NCBI GenBank assembly: GCA_963815455.1
Contig: CAWFGO010000002.1
Coordinates: 224,001-288,000, forward strand
DNA from: an uncultured Verrucomicrobiae bacterium
GTDB taxonomy: Bacteria > Verrucomicrobiota > Verrucomicrobiia > Chthoniobacterales > UBA10450
Length of the DNA: 64,000 bases
Reading direction: 5' to 3'
Every line of letters starts with the position of its first letter. Position 1 is the stretch's first letter. Positions 1 through 11,463 of this stretch are shown here, piece by piece. The translations under genes were made by a program, and so were the position numbers. The notes under the pieces were generated by a model. That model was not told the origin of the DNA, did not search any database, and saw nothing but the letters and a program-made list of their open reading frames with translations.

Positions 1-1064
<1,064 letters not shown>

Positions 1065-1075
<11 letters not shown>

Positions 1076-1493
1076 ACACGAATGGACACGAATGATAAGA
1101 AGCTGTTGTTCAAGGAAGAGGTCTTTCAAATCGTCGGCTGCGCAATTGAAGTTCTGAACACGCTGGGTCATGGCATCGTCGAGAAGCCCTACGAGAACGC
1201 GCTAGTAGTCGAGTTCGGCCTGCGACAAATTCCTTTTCGTCAGCAACCTTCGTTAATGTCCTCTACAAGGGTCAGCCCGTTGGGTTGTTCATCCCCGATC
1301 TGATCGCTTTCGATAGCGTCGTGGTAGATACAAAAGTGATCGACCGAATCACCGATCACGAACGCGGATTAATGTTGAATTACCTTCGGATTACGAAACT
1401 CCGCGTCGGGGTAATCTTGAATTTCAAGCATCCTAAATTGGAGTGGGAGCGGATCGTTCTGTAGATTCGTGTCCATTAGTGTTCATTCGTGGT
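1065..1493. mobile_element. Putative GxxExxY cassette bounded by 29-bp terminal inverted repeats
   Basis: ACCACGAATGAACACGAATGGACACGAAT (1065-1093) matches the reverse complement of 1465-1493 at 28/29 positions. Confidence 0.6.
1082..1464 (+). CDS. GxxExxY protein (PD-(D/E)XK nuclease family); one frameshift near 1250
   Basis: GIVEKPY motif; the shifted frame continues VLYKGQPVGLFIPDLIAFDSVVVDTK...MLNYLRITKLRVGVILNF...ERIVL*. Confidence 0.9.
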
Positions 1494-1538
1494 TACTCCG
1501 CGGCGGCGACTTTTCGGACTGGTTTGGGCAAAAAGTCG

Positions 1539-2250
1539 TTACACTTTGATAATCACTTTCCTGGCCCACGCTTCGCCCGATTCCTTGCTGTAGTGAACTC
1601 CGTCACCGCCGGTTTTTCCAGGCACGTATTGCGTCAGACGCCGTGAGTTAATCACCAGATCGCCGCGCGGAATCTCCTGCCAAATCAATCGATAAATCCG
1701 GCCTTGTACTTTCGAGAACCTGGATGAATCCGGCGGGCCGATCCAAATGATCCTGCGTCGGGCGCCGCGGTGCGCAGTGCCGACGAATCGATTAATGAAT
1801 GAACGAATCTGATCGTCGGACAGCGATCGGTCCATCCAGTTCGTGCCCTGTTGCACAATCACGATCGTCGGTTTGTACCGGGCCAGGAGCGATTCCAGTT
1901 TCGGCGTGCCGGTCGGCGGCGGCGCTTTGCCGTTACGAAAATCTTTATAGACATCCGTCGTCGGAGTTCGCTCGCGATAGCCGCACTTGGTATGAAAAAC
2001 CGGCTCCCCTCGTAGCCAGTTCTCCGGCGAAGAACCGCAGGAAGCGAAAAAGGCCACATTCCCGCGGCCGTACATATTTTCGAGATGTCGATCCAACGTT
2101 TCACCAAACCCGCCGACCGAGAGCGAGTCTCCGATCGATCAAGATTCTTGGCGGGGTCGGTATCGGCGGCCTTCTTCCGGCTGGCTGCGAGTACCGAGGG
2201 AGCCAATCACAATCAGAACCGCCAGAGCTAAGTGAAATGGGGCGAAGCAT
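1539..2250 (-). CDS. SGNH/GDSL hydrolase or acetyltransferase, exported; N-terminal frameshifts
   Basis: IGDSLSVGGFG across the frameshift, QQGTN block and DGVH motif. Confidence 0.75.
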
Positions 2251-2266
2251 TCGTGACCAATCTTTC

Positions 2267-3648
2267 TTAACGGGCATTTTCAGGATATCGCGCTTCATCC
2301 TGTATTCGTATGTAAGGTTGCAAGTCGATCCTGCCGGAATCGTCTTTGGATTTCACTGTGTTCCAAATGGAACCCTCAAGCTCACGCAACTCAAGTTTGT
2401 ATGTCCGGCCGACGTGATATCTATGGAGCGATTGTCTGCGCAGGCCGATGTAGGCTGGATGCATCACGAGGATTTGCCTGTCGGAATATTCGCCCGCGAT
2501 CACTTCTTTCACATCATAAATAAAACCGACCAGAAATTCCTGATACGGCAGCAACTGGCTCCGGTGAATCGACTTTGATTTGAAAGCGAGCCGGGCGCGG
2601 ACGACCAGCGTCGCACTATTTGACGGCTCGACGGGCGGCGTGGGCGATGTCACCGCAATCGCCCGCGGTATTGATGCAGGAACCACCGGCCCGGTCGGCG
2701 TCTGTGCCAGCGTCGGCGTCGGTCGGCGTCGCCACTGGCGCACTCGCCACCGAACCGCTGAGCGGTTTCACATTCGCCCATGGCTGCGCCGAAAGATCGC
2801 GATCGATGATTGCATAAACGTTATCCGCCCACGTGTTCATGTCTTCGCCGATGAAATGTTCCTTGTCCGGCTCCATGTGCTTGTAGGGATAGGAAACGAG
2901 CTTGCGACTGTCGATCACGTCGGCGATGCCGCCAATGTCGTGCTGGACCTGATCAAAAACGAAATCCTGAATCTCGGTTGAAACGCGCCCCGAGATCGGC
3001 GGCGCGACCCAGTAGATTTTTCGCAATCGGGACGGAGGCGCGATGGCTTTTTCGACAAAAGGCACGAGGTATTTTCGCAGAGTCGACGCATCCCGGTCCG
3101 GCTTGATTTTTTGGCGGCCAGAAAAAAGACCGAAAAGATTTCCACCGGTTTGCATGACCAGAATGTCCGGCTGAATCGCAGCCACCAGATCTTCCAGTTT
3201 CGGGACCAGGATGCGATTTTGGCTTATGCCCGCGCGTCATTCCGTAAACATCGGGAAGTTCCTTGACCCGATCGGAGTTCGGCACCGACTCGATGCTCCA
3301 GTAACCGCAGTGAGTCTGGACATGAGAGTACGGTTTTTCTTTCAGCCAGCTCAACGGCTGCGTTGCACAGGTGATGTATGTGAACGTGGATTTTACTCGC
3401 GGATCTTCGCGGATTTTTTCGTCGAGTCGTTTGCCGAATCCGCACAAGGCCAGCGAATCGCCGAGGATCAGCACCGTGAGGTTCCGCGGCGAATTCGAGG
3501 ATTGCATTGCGAGCTTGCCCGCGTCGGCCGCGGCGCGTTGTTCACTTATCGGCGGCGTCGGGGAAACTTGAGCGTTTGAGCTAAGTAGGCAGGCCGAACC
3601 AATTGCGGAAACTACCAGCCTTAAACAACGTCGATGTTGTATTCGCAT
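2267..3648 (-). CDS. SGNH/GDSL protein with Pro/Thr linker and C-terminal beta domain; frameshifts near 3200 and 2730
   Basis: Signal peptide, LILGDSL, QTGGN, DKEH; ORF pieces 2953-3714, 2616-3185 and 2267-2743 join. Confidence 0.75.
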
Positions 3649-4754
3649 TATTTTGCCACCGGCACCTTTTCCCAGCCCTGGTCCGATTCGGTGAATTCGC
3701 GCGCGGCGAAACACCAGACAATCACCTTTTTCTTCGAGAGATAATCGGGATCTTTCAAGTTGCGGCGGTAAAGGCTGATCCGAACCGCAGTCGCGCCCGA
3801 TCCGCGAGTGCCAATCAAATCGGGAGCAAACCCCAGTTCATTCGCCAACTGGTCGATCAGCCCGGCCTTTTCCCCATGAAAATCATGAAACACGAGTGTG
3901 TGACTATCGCCGACGATCAGAAGCGGACTGTTCGGATCGGGATTGACCGCCGCGCCGGTTTCTTTCTCGCTCACGATTCGAACCGGCACTTTTTCCGGCG
4001 CGGGCTTCCTGCTTTTTGCGCCGAGAAGATCGACAAGATCACCCGTCAATTCGGTCTCTTTCCAGTCAGTCGCGTAATTCTTGCGCGGCTGGGCCGCGAA
4101 TTTTTCGCGGAGTCGGGCAGCGATTGTTTGCGCAGCCAGGACGCATCCAAATCCCGACCAGTGCGAATCTGTTTTGCAAAAGACCGGGCCGCGTTCGTTG
4201 GCGCGATTTTGAACAAAGGCCGGGACAACATCGACAACGTCGATACCGCGGGCCCGAAGTTCACCGTAAAAGCGCTCGAGAAATGGCGCCGCGCTCTGCC
4301 CGTTTAGATCGACATCGGGCACAATTTTCTCCGGATAAATTGCGGCCTTCGGCGGCACTGGCAGCACAAGCAACTCGATTCCGCGCTGTTTGAGTTGCTG
4401 GTAAAAATCGACGATCGCCGGAATTGGGTCCGCGGCTTCGAGTTTGCGCGCCCGGCTGACTTTGGCCGCTTCATCGCCCCAGAATTGACCCATGGAAAGA
4501 AAACGCAGGTCGCCGGCCAGGAACAACCAGTTGTCGATGCCGGCGATTGCGCCGGCGTTTTCTTTTTCAACCGTCCGCGATTTGGTCGCGAGCTCGTCGC
4601 GAAACTTTTGCTGCGCCTCGGAGAACGAAACGGAATCGGCCGCCCCAAAAGCTCCTGGGGCTGCCCACAAACCAGTTAAAATCGCGGTGCAAAGGAATCT
4701 TTTCGGGTTCAAATGAATTCGGCGTTGTGATGGAGGCGGACAACCGCCGGACAT
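3648..4754 (-). CDS. AlgJ/AlgX-family O-acetyltransferase (SGNH-like); start uncertain
   Basis: G.DNWLF, LPVPPKAAIYPE, KTDSHW, GDL, VGDSH, VIVWCFAAR; the longer ORF to 5723 is the antisense shadow of algI. Confidence 0.85.
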   Translation of the reverse strand: MSGGCPPPSQRRIHLNPKRFLCTAILTGLWAAPGAFGAADSVSFSEAQQKFRDELATKSRTVEKENAGAIAGIDNWLFLAGDLRFLSMGQFWGDEAAKVSRARKLEAADPIPAIVDFYQQLKQRGIELLVLPVPPKAAIYPEKIVPDVDLNGQSAAPFLERFYGELRARGIDVVDVVPAFVQNRANERGPVFCKTDSHWSGFGCVLAAQTIAARLREKFAAQPRKNYATDWKETELTGDLVDLLGAKSRKPAPEKVPVRIVSEKETGAAVNPDPNSPLLIVGDSHTLVFHDFHGEKAGLIDQLANELGFAPDLIGTRGSGATAVRISLYRRNLKDPDYLSKKKVIVWCFAAREFTESDQGWEKVPVAK

Positions 4755-4805
4755 TTTCGCGTTTTTTCTATAGCCGTCTCGCGAAAAAAAGCACCAAATA
4801 TCAGC

Positions 4806-6281
4806 GTGGTCTTTAGTTCCCACTTTTTCATTTATTATTTTTTGCCCTTCGCGCTGCTCGGTTACTACGCGCTTTTCCGGGCGCCGCAACGGTGGCGCAA
4901 TTTTTGGCTGATCGTTACCGGCTACATTTTTTACGGCTGGGCCGAGCCGCGATTCATGGCGCTCATGTTCGCCACCACGTTCGTGGACTGGCTGATGAGC
5001 CTCGTCATCGCTCACAACTCCTGGAAGGTTTGGCGCGTCTGGCGTTTGCCGGTCAAAATTGTCGATCCTGCGCACCGGAAAACGAAGATCCGGCACGCGG
5101 CGATCACCATCTCGATCGTCTCCAATCTCGCCGTCCTCGGTTTTTTCAAATACTTCAACTTCGGCGTCGATAGCTACAACACGCTGGTCCAGAGCGTTGG
5201 ATTCGCCAACCTGCACTTCGACACGTTCTTCCGCGTGGTGCTGCCGCTCGGGATCAGCTTCTACACGTTTCAGGCGCTCAGTTACACGATCGACGTCTAT
5301 CGCGGCAAGGCCGAGGCGATGGCGAACTTCATCGATTTCTCCTGTTTCGTGTCGATGTTCCCGCACCTGGTCGCGGGGCCGATCCTGAAATTCTCGTTCC
5401 TGGCCGATCAACTCAAGCATCGCCGGCTGACGAGCGACAAATTCGCGCGCGGCGTCGCCTTTTTCCTGCTCGGGCTGGCCAAGAAAGTTCTCCTGGCGAA
5501 TCCGTGCGGCAAGATCGCCGATACCGTATTCGACGCGGGCACGATCGGAACACTGGACGCGTGGTTCGGCTCGATTGCCTACGCATTTCAAATCTATTTC
5601 GATTTCAGCGGTTACTCCGACATGGCGATCGGGCTCGGCCTGATGTTTGGGTTCGTGTTCGCCAAGAATTTCGATTCGCCCTACCTGGCCCAATCGATCA
5701 CCGATTTTTGGCGCCGCTGGCACATCTCGCTTTCAACCTGGTTGCGCGAATATCTTTACATTCCGCTCGGAGGAAACCGGCGCGGCATCACTCGCACTTA
5801 CGCGAATCTCATTATCACCATGCTGCTGGGCGGACTCTGGCACGGCGCGTCTTGGAACTTTGTCATCTGGGGCGGGATTCATGGCGGAATGCTCGCTTTC
5901 GAGCGCACCCAGGGACGGGAAGGTTTCTATCACAACCTGCCGAAGCCGCTCCGCATCGGCCTGACGTTTATTATTGTTCTGCTGGGCTGGGTTTTCTTTC
6001 GCGCGTCGAATTTACGGCACGCGGTCGAATATCTCGCGGCCATGTTCGGCTTGAATCATCCGTTGCCTGCCGCATCGCTCATCGGCGGCGTCATTTACCG
6101 GCCCTACTATTTTCTTTCGATCGCCATCGCCGCCGTCGTGGTTTGGGCCGGAACTCAGACTTGGGATTGGACCCAGAAAATGACTTTGCCAAAGACCGCC
6201 GCCTGTTTCGCGCTCGGCTGGCTCGCGCTCATCGTGCTGGCCACTCAGGAATACAACCCGTTTATCTATTTCATTTTCTAA
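4806..6281 (+). CDS. algI: MBOAT family O-acyltransferase, AlgI/PatA-like
   Basis: LPLGISFYTFQ, FPHLVAGPI, QIYFDFSGYSDMA, FWRRWHISL, GLWHGA, FIYFIF C-terminus. Confidence 0.93.
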   Translation: MVFSSHFFIYYFLPFALLGYYALFRAPQRWRNFWLIVTGYIFYGWAEPRFMALMFATTFVDWLMSLVIAHNSWKVWRVWRLPVKIVDPAHRKTKIRHAAITISIVSNLAVLGFFKYFNFGVDSYNTLVQSVGFANLHFDTFFRVVLPLGISFYTFQALSYTIDVYRGKAEAMANFIDFSCFVSMFPHLVAGPILKFSFLADQLKHRRLTSDKFARGVAFFLLGLAKKVLLANPCGKIADTVFDAGTIGTLDAWFGSIAYAFQIYFDFSGYSDMAIGLGLMFGFVFAKNFDSPYLAQSITDFWRRWHISLSTWLREYLYIPLGGNRRGITRTYANLIITMLLGGLWHGASWNFVIWGGIHGGMLAFERTQGREGFYHNLPKPLRIGLTFIIVLLGWVFFRASNLRHAVEYLAAMFGLNHPLPAASLIGGVIYRPYYFLSIAIAAVVVWAGTQTWDWTQKMTLPKTAACFALGWLALIVLATQEYNPFIYFIF

Positions 6282-6282
6282 A

Positions 6283-8110
6283 ATGCCCGCGCCGCCGCCA
6301 AATCCACCCATCTCCAAACGAGGAATCGCTTCCGCCGAAGCACTCGTTGCCCAGCTACAGCGAACCAACTCCGGAGACGCATCGCAAAATTTCGCGCGAA
6401 GAAGAAGCGGAACTGGCGCTAAAGAATACTGAATTCGCAGCCGGGAACGCGGTCGCTTCTCATTGCGCTCTTTCTTGCTCACGATCGCGGCGGTTCCGGC
6501 GATTCAATTCACCGCCGAGCTTCGCGCAACGTCCGCGATTAGCCGGCTCCCGACGTTTCTGGTTTTCAAATCGTTGCCCGCCTGGTCGCGGATTCATCAT
6601 GTCCGCGGAGCGCGCGATCTCTGGAATGTGCTCCCGCATTCGGCGGAACTGAAAGCGGCCGAGCGCACGCTGGAAACCGACTCCGTTGTTTCGCAATGGT
6701 TGTTGCCCCGGACGCAACTTGTCCTGACTGCGCTGCTCCACGCCGGCAACGAACAGGTTTATCCGGGCCGCGACCACTGGCTCTTTTACCGGGCCGATGT
6801 CGATCATGTGATCGGGCCGCCGTTTCTCGATCCATTTCGAATGAAACGCCGCATCCAAACCGGCGCGGTTCAGCCCGATCCGATCAAAGCGATTGTCGAA
6901 TTTCGGAATCAGCTCGCCGCTCGCGGGATCGATCTGGTGGCGCTGCCGATTCCGGTAAAGCCAAGCATCGAAGGCGGATATGTTTTCGTTCGAAGCACCG
7001 AAAGATGACGCGTTGCAGAATGAATCCTTTGCCAGATTCAAGACGCGCCTTCAACAAGAGGGCGTGCGCCTGTTCGATCCCACACCGCTCATGATGGAAC
7101 GAAAAATTGCGGCAAACGAACCGCTTTACCTCGAGAGCGACACGCATTGGCGACCGGAAACGATGGAATTCATCGCGCAAAAGCTCGCCGGTTTTCTCCA
7201 GTTGCCGCCCGCTCCGCGGGAAACTAGCGCCGGTTGTCCTGGAGAAAGAGGTTGTGAGTCATGGCGACGTTGCGACCATGCTGAAACTGCCGGCCACGCA
7301 AAAAGTTTATCCGCCGGAAAAAGTTACGATCCATCAAGTGATCATGGGCAATGCCCTATGGCGACCGAGCACAAACGCCGAAGTCCTGTTGCTCGGCGAC
7401 AGTTTTTCCAACGTCTTTTCCGTGGAGGCGATGGGCTGGGGCGAATCGGCCGGATTCGCCGAGCATCTCAGCCTGGCCTTGCATCGGCCGATCGATTGCA
7501 TCCTTCGCAACAGCGACGCCGCCTTCGCCACGCGTGAAATTTTAAGCACCGAACTCGCTCGTGGCCACGATCGCCTGGCCGGAAAGAAATTGGTGATCTG
7601 GGAATTCGCGGCCCGCGAACTCTCGTTTGGAAATTGGAAGTCGCTCGATCTGAAACTCGGGCAAGCCAAGAACTTCCCGATTTTTTACCCTGAAGTCCGG
7701 TGAAGAGATTGTCGTGACCGGAACAGTCGAGAGCATCTCGCCGGCGCCGCGGCCGGGAACAGTGCCTTACAAGGATCACATCGTGGCGCTGCATCTCATC
7801 GACATTGTAGCCGCGGGCGCCGACCGCGGCTACGGCGGAAGCGAGAAATCTTCGCTAAGCCGAGGTCAGCGCCCTCGGCAACAGAGGCGGACACGTGCAG
7901 GCGGTGGTCTATCTCTGGAGCATGCGCGATAATGTCTGGACACCGGCGGCGCGCCTGCGCCCCGGCGATCGAATCAAGCTGCGTCTGCGCGCGTGGTCGG
8001 ATGTTTCGGCTCAATACGAAAAATTCAATCGAACCGAGTTGGATGATTCTGCTCTGCAACTGGAGGAGCCTGTCTGGGGTGAGTTGGACGAATCAACGTT
8101 GAAGCGTTGA
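6283..8110 (+). CDS. Membrane-anchored AlgJ/AlgX-family O-acetyltransferase with C-terminal beta domain; several frameshifts
   Basis: GRDHWLF, LPIPVKP, SDTHW, GDV, LLGDSF, VIWEFAAREL across ORF pieces 6463-7008, 6980-7537, 7107-7703, 7714-7932 and 7895-8110. Confidence 0.8.
7806..7883. repeat. Inverted pair of 25-bp GTAG-type REP-like hairpins (family B) inside a coding sequence
   Basis: TGTAGCCGCGGGCGCCGACCGCGGC (7806-7830) and GCCGAGGTCAGCGCCCTCGGCAACA (7859-7883). Confidence 0.85.
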
Positions 8111-8180
8111 ACAGTTAAAGCGTTAAAAGCGGAAGACGCCCCCCTTCCCCACTCCAACCCTTCAACGCTTTAACGTTTCT
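8095..8180. repeat. Inverted 8-mer arrays (AACGTTGA/AGCGTTGA ... TCAACGCT/TTAACGTT)
   Basis: Read directly; overlaps the stop codon of the AlgJ-like gene. Confidence 0.6.
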
Positions 8181-8297
8181 CCCTTGGTTTTCTAAAAGAT
8201 CCTTTGCAAAGGGGGCGGGATTATGCTCTGTGAACTGCTGCTTTTTTAACCGAGTGACGCGTGTTTAAAGAACGCCGGTGTCGATCCACACGTTAGA

Positions 8298-8610
8298 ATG
8301 TTTATCACACTCCTCTGCTCAGTCTCCCGCTCCGGCGGCGCCGGCCGGTGGCGGCCTCGGCTTTTTTGTGCCGCTCATTTTTATTTTCATCATCATGTAT
8401 TTCGTGATGATCCGGCCCCAGAAGAAGCGGCAGGACGAACAAAAGAAATTGATTTCGAGCCTGAAAACAGGCGACCACGTCGTGACGAACGCTGGCATTC
8501 ATGGCCTGATCTCGAACGTCAAGGACACCACCGTGATGGTGAAAGTCGCCGACAACGTGAAGATCGAGATGGAAAAATCGGCCGTTACGCATGTGCTGAA
8601 AGAAGGTTGA
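8298..8610 (+). CDS. yajC: Preprotein translocase subunit YajC; probable start 8298 with an early 1-nt indel
   Basis: IMYFVMIRPQKKRQ, LKTGDHVVTNAGIHG; lies upstream of secDF. Confidence 0.93.
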
Positions 8611-8700
8611 GTAGTTGAGGACGTTGAGATGACAATGACCACGACCCGCAACTACGAAGCAGGAACTCAACCCCTCAACTTCTCAACCCCTCAACCCTCA
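8605..8700. repeat. Inverted GTTGAG / CTCAAC 7-8-mer arrays between yajC and secDF
   Basis: GGTTGAGTAGTTGAGGACGTTGAG ... CTCAACCCCTCAACTTCTCAACCCCTCAACCCTC. Confidence 0.7.
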
Positions 8701-8702
8701 TC

Positions 8703-11052
8703 ATGAGTCCCATCCTCACATTTTTCATCGGCCTGGGGATGCTGGTCCTGTTCGGCTGGTATTTCGCCACCGATGTGGGCCTGCGGAAACGTCTCCTGGC
8801 CCTGGCGTTGATGATGTCGTTGGTCGCAGTCAGCCTGGTCACGATCTGGCCGCCGACGGAGAAAATCACGCTTGGTCTCGACATCAAGGGCGGCACTTCG
8901 TTTCTCATCCGACTGGTGGCCGGCGACAAGCAGATCAACAAGGTAATGCTCGATCAGGCAGTCGAAGTGATCCGGAAACGGGTCGATTTCTTCGGCACCG
9001 GCGAACCGATCATCGGCCCGGTCGGCAACGATCGGATTCTAGTGCAGCTTCCCGGCCTCAGGCCGGCGCAAATTCAGGAAGCGCGGGATCAGCTTTCGCG
9101 CGTAGCCAAGCTCGAATTTCGGCTGGTTTATCCCGATAACGGCCAGCGCTTGAAAGACGATCGACGAAGGCAAGGAAGTGATTCCGCCGGAATACCGGAT
9201 CGAGGTTTACAAGATCGCCGCGGAGGCAGATGAAAAGCCGCGAGAAGAGCGATTGCTCGTAAAAAAGAAGGCTGACTTGGGCGGCAATCACGTAACCGAA
9301 GCGCACGCCGGATTTGGTGACAAGGGTTGGGAGGTGACGCTGAAGTTCGACGGCGAGGGCGCAAAGAAGTTTGGCGAGATTACTGCAGCGCATGTGAATC
9401 ATCGCTTCGCCATCGTGCTGGACAACGGGGTTCATATCCGCTCCCAATGATTCAGGAACCAATCTATCAGCGGGAGCGCTCGCATCAGTGGCCATTTTAC
9501 CGAACAGGAGGCGCGGGGCCTCGCCAGCGTCTTGGAAAACCCGTTGCAGACGCCGGTAAGCATCGAGGAGGAGCGCAGCGTTTCGCCCACGCTGGGAATG
9601 GATTCGATTCGAGTGAGCGTAATCGCGGGCTTGATCGGCCTGGCCATCACGCTGTTCGCCGTGTCGATCTACTACAAGTTCGCGGGGTTGATCGTGAACC
9701 TGATGTTGATCGTCAATCTCATCCTGTTGCTGGGCGCGCTCACCATGTTCCGGTTCGTGCTGACCCTGCCCGGTATCGCCGGCATGATCCTGACCATTGG
9801 CATGGCGGTCGATGCCAGCGTGCTGATCTACGAACGGTTGCGTGAAGAAATGGCGGCTGGCAAGTCGCTCAAGGCCGCGCTCCCCGCCGCCTACGACAAG
9901 GCCTTCAGCTCGATCTTCGACGCCAACGTAACGACGCTCATCACGGCCGCGATCCTGTTCTGGAAAGCGAGCGGCCCGGTCAAAGGTTTCGCCATTACCC
10001 TGACCCTTGGAATTCTCGCTTCGCTTTTCACAGCCCTGATTGTCGGCAAGAACGCCCTAGGCTGGGCGGTCGATTCCGGCCGACTCAAGCGCATCTCGAT
10101 GTTGCATCTGATCACGGCCAAGAACATCAATTTCCTGAGCAAAGGTTTTCTGGCCTGCATGTGCTCGCTCGCGCTCATCATTGCCGGGGCGACCGCGTTC
10201 TACATGCGCGGGGAGAAGAATTTCGGAGTCGATTTCCGCGGAGGCGACCTCGTCACTTTTAGCGCCCCGAGCAAGATTAACGTCGGCCAGGTGCGCGGCG
10301 CCTTGAAACCGCTCGGGTTTGCCGACGCTACGATCCAGGAATCGCAACAAGGCGAGCGAAGTTACATCACCATTCGCACACCAATTAATACCAGTGACAG
10401 GATCGAGAAGCAGTTGGCCGATTCCCTTCCCGAGGCAGGCCTCCGAGTGGAGGGCTCCGAACGAGTGGGTGCGCTAGTCGGTGGTGAGTTGGCCAGAAGT
10501 TCTCTGATCGCGCTGGGGCTCGGGATTTTCGGGATTCTGATCTACGTCACGTTTCGCTTTGAACTTTCCTTCGCGGTGGGAGCGATCGTCGCCCTGTTGC
10601 ACGACGTCCTAATCACCGTCGGTGTGTTCGCGCTGCTCGGTCGAGAATTGACCCTCACCATGGTGGGCGCGGTGCTGACCATCGCCGGTTATTCGATCAA
10701 CGACACCATCGTTGTGTACGACCGGATTCGGGAAGGTCTGGCCAGCGGCCGCAAAGGTTCGGTCGAGCAGATCATGAACGAGAGCGTCAATCAGACCCTA
10801 AGCCGCACCATCCTGACCAGTGGCACCACCCTGATCCCGATCTGCTGCCTGTTTTTCCTGGGCGGCGCGGTCCTGCGCGATTTTGCCCTGGCCATCATCA
10901 TCGGCGTCGTGGTCGGGACGTATTCATCCGTTTTCATCGCCTCGCCGATCGTGCTCTGGTGGACCCGCGCCCGAGGCGGCAGCGCCACCGCCCTGCGCCG
11001 CGAAGTCACTCAGCAAACCACCGCGGCCAATCCCCTCGCGCCGAGGCCGTAA
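8703..11052 (+). CDS. secDF: Fused SecD-SecF translocase subunit; frameshifts near 9160 and 9440-9480
   Basis: LGLDIKGG, RILVQLPG, LTLPGIAG..LTIGMAVDA, GVDFRGG, HDV, GYSINDTIVVYDRIRE. Confidence 0.95.
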
Positions 11053-11126
11053 GGGCCCGAACTGAAGCCTCTCGCGCTGGGCGCGCACCCGCCGGAGCGC
11101 CGAAGATAACTCAGTTTTCTGGGGAT

Positions 11127-11155
11127 TTGACGGGACTGCCCGGCCCGATTAGGCT
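11127..11155 (+). promoter_or_regulatory. Sigma70-like promoter of rpsU
   Basis: TTGACG-17 nt-TAGGCT; AGGAG Shine-Dalgarno before the ATG. Confidence 0.55.
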
Positions 11156-11194
11156 CCGCGTCGCCAGACCCATTAAACCCAGGAGTGATAATTG

Positions 11195-11389
11195 ATGCCA
11201 GAAGTGACCGTCCGCAAAGGTGAACCTGTCGATCGCGCGTTAAAGCGGCTTAAGAACAAGCTCGATGCCGAGGGCATTCTCGAGGAGGTCCGCCGTTTGC
11301 GCGCCTTCGAGACGCCCAATCAGAAGCATCGTCGCAAGGCCAAGGCCAACGCCAAACGCGTCCGCACAAAGTTCCGTTTCAATCCGTAA
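11195..11389 (+). CDS. rpsU: 30S ribosomal protein S21
   Basis: MPEVTVRKGEPVDRALKRLK...GILEEVRR..FETP. Confidence 0.95.
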   Translation: MPEVTVRKGEPVDRALKRLKNKLDAEGILEEVRRLRAFETPNQKHRRKAKANAKRVRTKFRFNP

Positions 11390-11399
11390 GATTGCCCAG

Positions 11400-11463
11400 T
11401 GTAGAGGCGCCCGTCTCGGGCGCATTTTCTGCACTCCCCGCGGCTGGCGCGACCGCCACTACA
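11400..11463. repeat. Degenerate GTAG-type REP pair between convergent genes
   Basis: TGTAGAGGCGCCCGTCTCGGGCGC ... GCGGCTGGCGCGACCGCCACTACA. Confidence 0.6.

Noticed and set aside
4755..5723. 691-aa minus-strand ORF extending across algI, and other long antisense ORFs (for example 36308-37588, 44749-47748, 53403-54542)
   Set aside because: Shadow ORFs of GC-rich genes on the opposite strand, with no recognisable motifs.
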